Source: a virus (lineage: Duplodnaviria > Caudoviricetes). From it: 29,851 bases of DNA. The position numbers and the translations under genes are program-made. Below are positions 17,542 to 27,365 of this stretch, piece by piece. Every line of letters begins with the position of its first letter. Position 1 is the stretch's first letter. Location: the IMG/VR virus record IMGVR_UViG_3300031647_000041, positions 1 to 29,851 of that record. One strand, given 5' to 3'. Below the pieces are notes generated by a model. That model saw nothing but the letters and a program-made list of their open reading frames with translations. It was not told the origin of the DNA and did not search any database.

Positions 17542-20500
17542 ATGGAAGTATATATACTCAATGGAGTAGAAATAACTCTAGAAGACTTACAGGGTTTAGT
17601 GGAAAAGTCGGGCTATAGTTTAGAAGATTTTAAAGCTATTAATGGTGTAACAGTAAAGAAAAAGGATGTTGCGGATCAGGGTGCGACTGTAACATCCAAA
17701 GATACCGAAGCATCTTGGGAATCACGATTGGAAAATACCAGATCGGATTGGGAAAAATATCGTAAAAGTCAACTTCTAAATAAAGAAGGTAAGTATGATC
17801 CTAATTTACAAACAGACCCTAACCACAGGATGCCTGATGGAAGTCAAAACTATATAAACAAACGAAACGAATTTACTATTAAAGAAAGAGAATTAAATGA
17901 TAAAATTGAGGGGTATTATTTAGACCCTAAAAATATGGATTTTAATAAGCCTAAAACAATTTTAAATCAAGGCGAGGATACTGTAAAAGAATATATAAGA
18001 GAAAAATTTCCATTTTATAATGTTGAGGATGGCACAGCAGGTAATTTACTTAAAATACAAACAGCAGAGGGTTTTAAAGAAATAGATTTAAACCCTTTGT
18101 TTAGTGATAATAAAAAAGAAGCTATAGAAACTATAAAATATTTAGAGCAAGCTGCTAAAGATATTGAAGATGATGTGGTTGTAGGTTTAGTCATGAATAA
18201 ATTAGCTGATAATATTAAAGACACTGGTGATGTTAGCTCTGTTAATACTTATTTAAAAGACAATACTCCTTATCAGATTGAAAAAACAATAGTACCTGGC
18301 AAAACCTCTACTGGATTACAAGGTGTTTCTACACCAGACACTACTATGTATAACATAGTAAAAGATGGTGAAATAATTAGTTCTTTACCTATAGATAAAG
18401 TTGATGATTTTTTAAGAGATAATATAACTCAAGAAGAATTCAACAGCATGAATACAACTTCTGTTAAAGCTTTAGAAACTGTAACTGGAATGAGAAGAGC
18501 TTATATTGAGCAACAGCAGGATATTGTAGAGGTAAAACCTGCTACTAAAATTAAATATTATAAAGATGATTTTGGAACAGATGTTTTAAAGGTTCTTGAT
18601 AGGTTAAATTTTACAGACGAAGAAAAACAAACTGTAGAAAAATATATAGCTAACACTCAAAGTCAGAAAGGTGAAATGCAGCTTGCTACCGCACCTGGTA
18701 TGGCCCGTAGACAAGGCGCATCACCATATCAAATAATACAAGAGCTTACAGCTTTAGATGGTTTACCAGACGATTTAAAAGAAAAATTAATAAACGCTGG
18801 ATTTATTGATGAAATGAAAACCGTTGTAGATGCAGGGATAAAAAACACTGCTTTTAAAGAAGTTAACAAAGGTATACCCACTATGCTAGAAGACATGTTA
18901 ACTCAATTTGATAAAGGTGAATTACTGGACTTAGCTAATTATTTTAATGAAAATATAGCTGGAGCTGAAAAAGATGAAGAAGGAAATATAATTAAAGGAG
19001 AGTTTGTTAAAAAAATTAATGTAGATAACTTAGATTTAGATGGTAGTATTAAAGATCAAATAAAAATAGGTGGTGATATTTCTGATACTAATAAATTTAT
19101 AATTAAAAGATCTTATCAGAAAAAAGAAAAAGAAGCTATAAAAGCTTATGAAGATTTTTATCCTGCTAAAATGGATTCACTAACAAAAGAAGTAATATCT
19201 TTAGGTGAGCAATTACCTGAAGATGCTTATATCTATACAGCTAACACGCCTAGTGGACCATTGTTAAGAATAAAAATTGACAGAAAAGTTTCAGCTTCTG
19301 AAAATGAAACTATAAAAAATATAAGTGGAAAACTTGCTGGCATACAAAGTACATATCACAACTTAGAGTTTGATAGAAAAAATTCTGCTGATAAAATAAT
19401 AAACAATCGCAACGCATTCTATGATCAATTACAAGATGCAGAAAAAAATGATGATATAATTGCCACTGCTAATAAAGAATTTGGATTAGGTAATTTATTA
19501 GTTAAAGATATTAACGATGCTTTCTCTAGTCTTGCATTGACAGTTCCCACATTATTTAATTCTGAATGGGCTATAGGTAAACAAAAGCAATTAAACGATA
19601 AGAACGATTATTATAAAACAATGACTGAGCCTGAATTTAGTGCTGAGTATATTCTTAGAACTTTAGGGCAACAGTCGGCAAACATTACATTAGCAGTAGC
19701 TACGGCGGGAGCTGGATCTGCTTTAGGATTAACAACAGCAACGGTAGCCAATACAATAGGTATAGGTTTTGGTGCTGTGTCAGGAACGCAAACTTTCAGA
19801 GATTTAAACATAGAAGTTGACACATACGAAGAAGCGGAGAGGCAAGAGAAAATATACAAGGCTGCTTATAAAAGAGGTGAAATTAGTGAGTATAATTATA
19901 CTATGGCCATGAGAGATATAAACACTACTCTGGCTATGGACAAGTTAACTCCTGACCAAATAATGAATGCATCTCTTTCCAACGCAATAATAGAAGGTAC
20001 ACTTACTAGATATTTAGGTACAGCTGCTAACTCTATAGCTTTAGTAAAAAACTTTAATAGCGTAAACGTAGGTGAAATTGCCAAACAATTAAACAAAAGC
20101 GGTTTTACCAAAGGAATAAATTTAATAGGTAGACCTTTAGTAGGTAGAACTGGTCTGGAGACTGTAGAGGAATTAGGTATTTTTGCTGGTCAAAACTTTA
20201 TAACTGATACGGCTATACTAGGTAGAGGTGCAGACAGAGAAACATTTTTAAAAGGTGCTAATGAAACTTTTTGGGCAACTGTAGTTACAGCTGGTATGTC
20301 TCAGTCAACAGGTATAACATACGGTGGAATGAATTCCTATGGTATTACAAAAAAGTATGAAAAGATTTTAAATGGAAGTAATTTTTTTTTAAATGATTTA
20401 TCTAGTTCTATACAATCTCTTTCAGATTCTAAATCAGATCAAGAAGTAAAAAAATTACTTTTATTTCAATATCAAGAAGAGTTAAAAGCTATGGGCTTGA

Positions 20501-23500
20501 CTATTGATGAAAACTCTATAGATCTTTTAAACATTAGTAATGAAAACACAGACGGATCATCTGATTTAAAAAACTTAATAGGTACTCAATTAATAAAACA
20601 AGATTATTTGAGGAGTTTAGGTATACAACCAGGTACTAATGCTCAACAAGATTCAGCTATAGAAGCTTTAAAAGATAATTCAAGCGAACAACAAAAAAAA
20701 GATATAGAAACAACCTTAAGTAGTTTAGATACTCAAATAAACAATATAAAAGAAAAAGCGTCTAAGGCTTCTAATTATGATGTTGCTAAAAAAGCTTTAG
20801 GAAGTATTTACACTTTTTATGACAATCAATTAAAAGGTGATACTGAATATGATGCAGCTTCTACAAAAAATAAACTTGTTAAAATAATTAACAATGTAAG
20901 AGAAGATACTCGTTTGCAAAATATTAAAAATGCCAAGTCAAATCCTTTTGTTGTTAAACAAGTGGAGTCTATGTACGCTGGTCCTGGTTTTGCAAGCAAT
21001 AAAACTAAAGATACAACTTACGAAAACCTAGGAGCAAACATGGCTTTGAATCAAGGTAGAGCTTATAGTACTAGTTTAAACGTAAACATACAAGCTAGTA
21101 CAATATTTGGTAAAGATTTAAAATCAGTTAATGTTGTAGGTTACGAAAATGATGAGCAAATTGGTAAAGAACTAGAAAAAGCAGGTTTAACACCTGAGGA
21201 AATCGTTACTGCTATTGATAAAATAAAAAATAATAAAGCTTTTGGTTTAGTTTTTGGAAAAACTATATTTACTCAAAGCCCTGATTTAGCTAATGAAAAT
21301 TTAGACAACGGAGAAATACAAGCAGGAACTGTTATACTACATGAGCTTACGCATATTACTAAAGATGCTGACATGAAATCTCCTGAATCAAAAAAGAAAT
21401 ATTTTGATAATCTATTTCTAGCTGCTTCAACAAGTAGCAATCAAGCATTAGTAAGTATACATCAACAAACTGTTGGATTATTAGGAAATAAAACAGAAGA
21501 AAACAAAGCTAAATGGGAGGATGAATATAGTAATATTTTACAAGAACAACTTTATTATTATGAAAAAGAAGTACAACTAGAAAAAGATGATAGTTTTATT
21601 ACAAAAATATTTGGTAGAGCAAATCCAGCTAATTTAAATACTCCTGAAAAAGCTTTAGATTATTTAGCGGCTAGTAATTCTGCTTTTAGAAAAGGTAAAA
21701 TATCTAACGCTACTCAAAAATCTGTCGAAAGTTTTGAAGGTAGTAACTTAAAAGGATCTGTAAAAAATATAAACAAATTAGTAATAGGTAAAACTTATGA
21801 TCAATTAAAAAATGATCCAGAATTTAGAAGGCAATACGATAATGTTGCGGTAAAAGCAATGAAGTTTGACCAGGAGTTAGGAAATGAAATAAACAGAAAA
21901 ACAGTTCTTGGAGAGGCTTACATACAACTTCCAAGTATTATAAAAAACTACAAACCAGTAAACGAAAAAGGCGAATCACAAACTTTTACTAACTATGTTT
22001 ATCAAACTTTAGATCCGCAAAAAAGAACAGCTGCATTTTATAGAAAAGAGCTTGGTGAAATACCAACTCAAAAAATTGGTAAGATGCAATTGATAGGCGA
22101 TGAAGACGCTGATGCTAATATCAAAAGAGAAGCTAGGGAAAAACTAGAGGGCAAAGGTAAATCATTAATAAAAACAAATGAACTGCGTGGTGTTAAAAAT
22201 AAACTAACAGAAGTAGACGAAGCTATAGGTGATATTGACCGAATAGAATTTGCTAATCTTTTAGATAGTAGATCTGGTGAATTAGATTTTGCAAAAATAA
22301 ATGAAGAATATGGTAGCGAAGTTGCAGGTGCACTTTATGGTTTAAACCCTAAGGATGCTATAAATTTAGCTAAAAAATTTAAAAAAGGTGCTGACTTAAC
22401 TTACGGACAAAACAAAAGAGAAAAAGGAAGTAAATTAATTTCAGAAGCAGAAAGAATACAAAGCGATTATACTAGTATTCAAGATGCAAAAGAAATGATT
22501 TCTTTGTTTCCTGAATATAACATAAGCACACCAACAGCTGTTACCTCTAAAACAGGTCAAGAAACAAAAACAAGTGAACTTGTACAGGGTAGATCATTAG
22601 GAACTGCACCAGCTGTATTAGATTTTTTCTATGAACCTTATACAGATCCTAAGTCTTTAAATAAAAAAACTAAAAAAGATGCTATAACAAATCCTTCAGG
22701 AAGATCTAAAGGTAAAACAAGTCAAGTAAATGTTGTAAGATTAAAACCAGAGTTTAATTATAAAGCTGGAAGTATTACTAATGCCGCTGTTGTTAGGGCA
22801 CAAAGAAAAATAGGTATTACAAAATCAGGTAAACTTAACGTACCGCCTAAAGGCAAAGCAAGAACAGACTTTGGTAGACTACTTATAGGTCTTGCGAACC
22901 TTAAAGGAGCTATAGTAGCAAACACAGCTGTTGATACAAAGGTGAAAAAAGGTATTAAAGATGGTACAATAAAAACCGCTAAGTCTGCATTGCAAATAGA
23001 AGCAGATTTAAAAGCTGGTAGAAGTAGAATACAATATAGCGAAAAGTTAAAACAAGGTAAACAAACTATAGATGCAGTATATGATTTTGCTAGAAATAAA
23101 GAAGCTGCAAAATTATTTGGCCCGGTGTTTTTAACTTTTTTTAACGCTAATGTTAATGCTGACGCTGGATTCAGGGGTGTAATTTATAATCCTATCTCAG
23201 GGATAGAAGAGTCAAGTAAAGGTGCTTTTAATACTGGTAGAAGTTTTATATCATCACTTAAAAAGCTTAGGTTTAAATATGGTAAAAGTAATCCAGAAAT
23301 AGTAGCTGCTACCGAAAGTTTAATAGCTGAAGGAAAACTAGGTGTACTAGAAGACGTTCTTAAAATAGCTCAAAAAACATTAAACGAGGTTGCTGTTGAT
23401 GCAAAACCTTCCGATAAGGATGTTGAAAACAATAACGCTATGAGAATGGCGATGGCTCCTCAAGATTATACTAAATATAAAAACTCTAATAAAAAGAATT

Positions 23501-26500
23501 TAAAAACTCTTAAAAAAGGAAAAAAATTAATATTGTCTAAGTTTAAAGAGTTGTATGATTCAAATAATAAGTTGCTTCCTCTTATACAATACGTAACTTA
23601 TGCGGTTAATTCTAATTCTCACCCATTTAGAAATTTAGCAATATTAGAAGGTGGGGTTGAATATGGCTATGAAGAACACATGCTGCAATATAAGCCTTTT
23701 GTAGATACTTTTATAGCCGCAATAAAATCAACTAAAACAGATTTTGATGGCTTTATTGAATGGGCTAATGATACTTATTTTCAAGAATCTATTACTAAAC
23801 AAAATTTAAAGGGAGAGGCTAATGGCATGGCGCAGTCTGTATTAGATCAAGCATCAAGAAATATAAATAGATTTACCAATGAAATAATAACACCTTGGCG
23901 TTCTCAATTTGAGATGCACCCTTTAATGAAAAAGCAAGTTAAAGAAGCATTGGAAGGTAAAAGAAAATGGGAGGATGTTATAAGTGTTGATATAAGAAAA
24001 TATAATGAATACAATTATAAATCTGATTATGGTTTAATAAATCCTAACGTTCAATCAAGGTTTGGTATTACAGATGCTCAAAAATATAATGTGGTTGTTC
24101 CGTCACAATTTAAATTTGATCCTACAATTATTGCCGTACAAAACAAAGCTATTTACGAGTACTTACTAGGTAATATTAGTAAGGCAGAAGCTATGGTAAA
24201 AGTACAGCTTGAAGTTAATAAAACTTTTAAACCTAATGCAACTGTAGTTATAGCTAAAAATAACAAAGCTGACAAAGCTATGGCTGACGCTAGAAATAGT
24301 ATTAAATATAATGAAAAAAGAAAAGGTATTAGTGTGTTTGATTTTGATGACACGCTTGCTCAGTCTAATAGTAACGTATTATATACAATGCCTGATGGAA
24401 CAACAGGTTCTCTTACGGCAGGTGAATTTGCTGTAAAAGCTTTAGATTTAACTAACTTAGGTGCTAAGTTTGATTTTAGTGAGTTTAACGAGGTTAAAGA
24501 AGGTAGAAAAGGTCCACTAGCAGATGTTGCTTTAAAAAGACAAGGTAAATTTGGTAGCAAAGATATATTTGTGTTAACAGCCAGACCTCAAGCCGCAGAC
24601 ATAAACATTAAAAAGTTTTTAGAAGAAATTGGTTTAAATATACCTTTAGAAAATATAACTGGTTTAGAAAACGGCACCGCTGAGGCTAAAGCCGAATGGA
24701 TGATAGGTAAATATGCTGATGGATATAACGATTTTTATTTTGCTGATGATGCTTTTAAAAACGTTGAAGCTGTTAGAAATGTATTTGATGTATTGGATGT
24801 CAAGTCTGACGTACAACAAGCAAGACTTAAGTTTAGTGAAAAACTAGATAAAGACTTTAACGACATGATTGAAAGAAACATGGGTGTTAAGTCAGAATAT
24901 ACTTACTCAGATATTTTAGCAAGGCGAAAAGGTAGAAATCAAAAACGATTTGCATTTTTTATACCTCCTTCAGCTGATGACTTTAGAGGCTTAACCATGT
25001 ACACATTTGCTGGCAAAGGTAAGCAAGGTGAATTAGATCAAGAGTTTTTTGACAAAGCTTTAATTAAGCCTTACATGAGTGGAATAAACGCTATGGAATT
25101 AGCAAAAAATAAGATTAAAAATGCTTATAAAATTTTAGAAAAAACTAGTCCTAAAGTTAGAAAAAAATTAAAGAAAAAAATTGGTGACACTAAGTATACT
25201 AACGACGAAGCTATAAGAATTTATCTATGGAATAAGGACGGGGCAATAATACCTGGACTATCTAAAACAGATCAAAATCAAGTAGTAAAATTAGTGGAAG
25301 CAGACGTAGATTTAATGGCTTTTGCTGAAGGTGTTAAACTAATTACAGAAAAAGATACTTATGTTCCACCTAATGAATACTGGGATGGTACTACTATTAT
25401 AGGTGACTTAAGTAGATTGTCTAAAGAAATTAATAGAGATGAGTACTTAAAAGAGTTTAAAGACAATGCTGATATATTATTCACTGATAAAAACATGAAT
25501 AAAATAGAGGCTGTGTATGGTTTTAGGGTAAGAGAAGCTTTAGAAAACTCTTTATATAGAATGAAGACTGGTAGCAATAAAGCCGCTGGATCAGGTAGAA
25601 TAGTAACAGCTTGGAACAACTGGGTTAATAACTCTGTTGGTGCTATCATGTTCTTTAACAGAAGATCTGCATTGCTACAAATGTTATCTGCTGGTAACTT
25701 TGTTAACTGGTCAGACAACAATCCTTTAAAAGCTGGTTTAGCATTTGCTAACGCGCCTCAATACTGGAAAGATGTTGTATACTTATTTAATTCACCTAAA
25801 CTAAAAGCTAGAAGACAAGGCTTAGAAGGTGACATACAAGAAAAAGAAATAGCTGAAGCTTCAAGAAGAGGCGGTATGGAAGGTGCATTATCTTATTTAT
25901 TAAAAATAGGTTTTACCCCTACACAAATTGCAGATAGTATAGCAATATCTACTGGTGGTGCTTCGTTTTACAGAAATAGAATTAATACTTATAAGAAAGA
26001 AGGTTATACAGTTGAAGATGCAGAGAAAAAAGCTTTTGATGATTTCTCAGCTATATCAGATGAAACACAGCAATCGGCTGACCCTATGTTAATATCCTCT
26101 CAGCAAGCAGGTGTGTTAGGTAGGTTAGTATTATCTTTCCAAAATACTCCGATGCAGTACACTAGGTTAATGAAAAAAGCTGGTCAAGATCTTATAAACA
26201 ATAGAGGTGATGCTAAAACAAATATATCTAAAATATTATACTACGGATTTATTCAGAATTTAATATTCTCTACATTACAAAATGCTATGTTTGCTTTAGT
26301 ACCTGGGTTTGAAGACGATGAAGAAGAACCTGATTTCAAAACAGACAAAGAAAGAGATGCTTGGTTAAAGAAACAAGGTGGTAAAGAAAGCGCTAAAATA
26401 ACTAGAGTTGCAAATAACATGCTAGATACTATTTTAAGAGGTTCTGGTTTGGCTGGAGCAGTTGTATCTACTATCAAGAATGTTATTATAGAATACACTG

Positions 26501-27108
26501 ATAGACAAGACATGGGTATATTAGCTAAATCCAGAGCTAACGCAGATCTATTAATAGCCTTAACTAGCATATCTCCACCTATTAGTTCTAAAATAAGAAA
26601 AGTAAACAAGGCTTTAGATTTAGAAGATTTTGAAAAAGATGTTATTGCTGAAAGAGGTTATAGCGTTACAATAGATGGTAAGTTTCAGTTGAGTCCTTCA
26701 TATAATGTAATTGGTAACGTTGCCTCTGCTACCTTAAATCTACCTTTAGATAGAGTTTTTGATGAAGTTAATTCTATTACAGAAGCTTTAGACGATAGAA
26801 ATAGTGCTTATCAAAGATTAGCTTTAGGTTTAGGTTGGAAAACGTGGGATGTTAATGCTAAGATAGAAGAGCATGATCTTATAAAGACTAACGCAAAAGC
26901 AAAAAGAAAAATTGAAGGTAAAGAAAAAAGTAAACAAACTAGAGAAAATAATAAAGAAATACTAAAAACTCACAAAAGATTAAGATCACAAGTTTTAAAT
27001 GCTTTACCTGGTGTTATGCGAGATAGTATAAGACGTAAAGAAAAAGAAGATAATAAGATAACAGCAATATATAAATTAAATCAATTAAAAGCAAAATACA
27101 TTGAATAA
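17542..27108 (+). CDS. Giant multidomain (polyvalent-type) virion protein with zincin HExxH and HAD-phosphatase domains
   Basis: 3188 aa; VILHELTH (HELTH at 21340-21354); HAD motifs DFDDT (24340-24354), LTAR (24574-24585), K, FADD (to 24750); G/A-rich hydrophobic segment ~19684-19785; helical, partly hydrophobic C-terminal domain. Confidence 0.75.
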   Translation: MEVYILNGVEITLEDLQGLVEKSGYSLEDFKAINGVTVKKKDVADQGATVTSKDTEASWESRLENTRSDWEKYRKSQLLNKEGKYDPNLQTDPNHRMPDGSQNYINKRNEFTIKERELNDKIEGYYLDPKNMDFNKPKTILNQGEDTVKEYIREKFPFYNVEDGTAGNLLKIQTAEGFKEIDLNPLFSDNKKEAIETIKYLEQAAKDIEDDVVVGLVMNKLADNIKDTGDVSSVNTYLKDNTPYQIEKTIVPGKTSTGLQGVSTPDTTMYNIVKDGEIISSLPIDKVDDFLRDNITQEEFNSMNTTSVKALETVTGMRRAYIEQQQDIVEVKPATKIKYYKDDFGTDVLKVLDRLNFTDEEKQTVEKYIANTQSQKGEMQLATAPGMARRQGASPYQIIQELTALDGLPDDLKEKLINAGFIDEMKTVVDAGIKNTAFKEVNKGIPTMLEDMLTQFDKGELLDLANYFNENIAGAEKDEEGNIIKGEFVKKINVDNLDLDGSIKDQIKIGGDISDTNKFIIKRSYQKKEKEAIKAYEDFYPAKMDSLTKEVISLGEQLPEDAYIYTANTPSGPLLRIKIDRKVSASENETIKNISGKLAGIQSTYHNLEFDRKNSADKIINNRNAFYDQLQDAEKNDDIIATANKEFGLGNLLVKDINDAFSSLALTVPTLFNSEWAIGKQKQLNDKNDYYKTMTEPEFSAEYILRTLGQQSANITLAVATAGAGSALGLTTATVANTIGIGFGAVSGTQTFRDLNIEVDTYEEAERQEKIYKAAYKRGEISEYNYTMAMRDINTTLAMDKLTPDQIMNASLSNAIIEGTLTRYLGTAANSIALVKNFNSVNVGEIAKQLNKSGFTKGINLIGRPLVGRTGLETVEELGIFAGQNFITDTAILGRGADRETFLKGANETFWATVVTAGMSQSTGITYGGMNSYGITKKYEKILNGSNFFLNDLSSSIQSLSDSKSDQEVKKLLLFQYQEELKAMGLTIDENSIDLLNISNENTDGSSDLKNLIGTQLIKQDYLRSLGIQPGTNAQQDSAIEALKDNSSEQQKKDIETTLSSLDTQINNIKEKASKASNYDVAKKALGSIYTFYDNQLKGDTEYDAASTKNKLVKIINNVREDTRLQNIKNAKSNPFVVKQVESMYAGPGFASNKTKDTTYENLGANMALNQGRAYSTSLNVNIQASTIFGKDLKSVNVVGYENDEQIGKELEKAGLTPEEIVTAIDKIKNNKAFGLVFGKTIFTQSPDLANENLDNGEIQAGTVILHELTHITKDADMKSPESKKKYFDNLFLAASTSSNQALVSIHQQTVGLLGNKTEENKAKWEDEYSNILQEQLYYYEKEVQLEKDDSFITKIFGRANPANLNTPEKALDYLAASNSAFRKGKISNATQKSVESFEGSNLKGSVKNINKLVIGKTYDQLKNDPEFRRQYDNVAVKAMKFDQELGNEINRKTVLGEAYIQLPSIIKNYKPVNEKGESQTFTNYVYQTLDPQKRTAAFYRKELGEIPTQKIGKMQLIGDEDADANIKREAREKLEGKGKSLIKTNELRGVKNKLTEVDEAIGDIDRIEFANLLDSRSGELDFAKINEEYGSEVAGALYGLNPKDAINLAKKFKKGADLTYGQNKREKGSKLISEAERIQSDYTSIQDAKEMISLFPEYNISTPTAVTSKTGQETKTSELVQGRSLGTAPAVLDFFYEPYTDPKSLNKKTKKDAITNPSGRSKGKTSQVNVVRLKPEFNYKAGSITNAAVVRAQRKIGITKSGKLNVPPKGKARTDFGRLLIGLANLKGAIVANTAVDTKVKKGIKDGTIKTAKSALQIEADLKAGRSRIQYSEKLKQGKQTIDAVYDFARNKEAAKLFGPVFLTFFNANVNADAGFRGVIYNPISGIEESSKGAFNTGRSFISSLKKLRFKYGKSNPEIVAATESLIAEGKLGVLEDVLKIAQKTLNEVAVDAKPSDKDVENNNAMRMAMAPQDYTKYKNSNKKNLKTLKKGKKLILSKFKELYDSNNKLLPLIQYVTYAVNSNSHPFRNLAILEGGVEYGYEEHMLQYKPFVDTFIAAIKSTKTDFDGFIEWANDTYFQESITKQNLKGEANGMAQSVLDQASRNINRFTNEIITPWRSQFEMHPLMKKQVKEALEGKRKWEDVISVDIRKYNEYNYKSDYGLINPNVQSRFGITDAQKYNVVVPSQFKFDPTIIAVQNKAIYEYLLGNISKAEAMVKVQLEVNKTFKPNATVVIAKNNKADKAMADARNSIKYNEKRKGISVFDFDDTLAQSNSNVLYTMPDGTTGSLTAGEFAVKALDLTNLGAKFDFSEFNEVKEGRKGPLADVALKRQGKFGSKDIFVLTARPQAADINIKKFLEEIGLNIPLENITGLENGTAEAKAEWMIGKYADGYNDFYFADDAFKNVEAVRNVFDVLDVKSDVQQARLKFSEKLDKDFNDMIERNMGVKSEYTYSDILARRKGRNQKRFAFFIPPSADDFRGLTMYTFAGKGKQGELDQEFFDKALIKPYMSGINAMELAKNKIKNAYKILEKTSPKVRKKLKKKIGDTKYTNDEAIRIYLWNKDGAIIPGLSKTDQNQVVKLVEADVDLMAFAEGVKLITEKDTYVPPNEYWDGTTIIGDLSRLSKEINRDEYLKEFKDNADILFTDKNMNKIEAVYGFRVREALENSLYRMKTGSNKAAGSGRIVTAWNNWVNNSVGAIMFFNRRSALLQMLSAGNFVNWSDNNPLKAGLAFANAPQYWKDVVYLFNSPKLKARRQGLEGDIQEKEIAEASRRGGMEGALSYLLKIGFTPTQIADSIAISTGGASFYRNRINTYKKEGYTVEDAEKKAFDDFSAISDETQQSADPMLISSQQAGVLGRLVLSFQNTPMQYTRLMKKAGQDLINNRGDAKTNISKILYYGFIQNLIFSTLQNAMFALVPGFEDDEEEPDFKTDKERDAWLKKQGGKESAKITRVANNMLDTILRGSGLAGAVVSTIKNVIIEYTDRQDMGILAKSRANADLLIALTSISPPISSKIRKVNKALDLEDFEKDVIAERGYSVTIDGKFQLSPSYNVIGNVASATLNLPLDRVFDEVNSITEALDDRNSAYQRLALGLGWKTWDVNAKIEEHDLIKTNAKAKRKIEGKEKSKQTRENNKEILKTHKRLRSQVLNALPGVMRDSIRRKEKEDNKITAIYKLNQLKAKYIE
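17653..17765 (+). other. Candidate -1 frameshift cassette (GTA_AAG, 5-nt spacer, H-type pseudoknot) with a 35-codon -1 frame
   Basis: Stem 1: 17664-17674 with 17687-17697 (11 bp). Stem 2: 17677-17684 with 17710-17717 (8 bp). The -1 frame ends at TAA 17763-17765. Confidence 0.7.
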
Positions 27109-27362
27109 TGGATAAAAAATCATTAAGCTGTAATTCACCTAGAAAAACACCAAGCCATAAAACTAAATCACATATAGTTAAAGCTTGTTCTGGAGGCAAA
27201 GAAAAAATCATAAGGTTTGGACAGCAAGGGGTTAGCACTGCAGGAAAGAAAACAGATGCTAAGTCTAAAGCTAGAAGAGCTAGTTTTAAAGCTAGACACG
27301 CTAAAAATATTAAGAAAGGTAAGATGTCAGCTGCTTATTGGGCTGATAAAGTTAAATGGTAA
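27108..27362 (+). CDS. Small basic phage protein (RFGQQG...RRASFKARH...SAAYWA..KW type)
   Basis: 84 aa, very K/R-rich, start overlaps the giant gene stop (TAATG); motif pattern recurrent in viral hypothetical proteins (recalled). Confidence 0.75.
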   Translation: MDKKSLSCNSPRKTPSHKTKSHIVKACSGGKEKIIRFGQQGVSTAGKKTDAKSKARRASFKARHAKNIKKGKMSAAYWADKVKW

Positions 27363-27365
27363 ATT

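Noticed and set aside
17536-17544. In-frame fusions by readthrough (582-aa gene into giant gene; also terL into portal at 638-643)
   Set aside because: The stops are TAA, each downstream gene has its own ATG, and no readthrough signal is visible.
24334-24354. FDFDD as the catalytic DxDxD motif of a crAss-type virion RNA polymerase
   Set aside because: The context is DxDxT followed by LTAR and DD motifs, i.e. HAD; no convincing DFDxD polymerase motif was seen in the giant protein.
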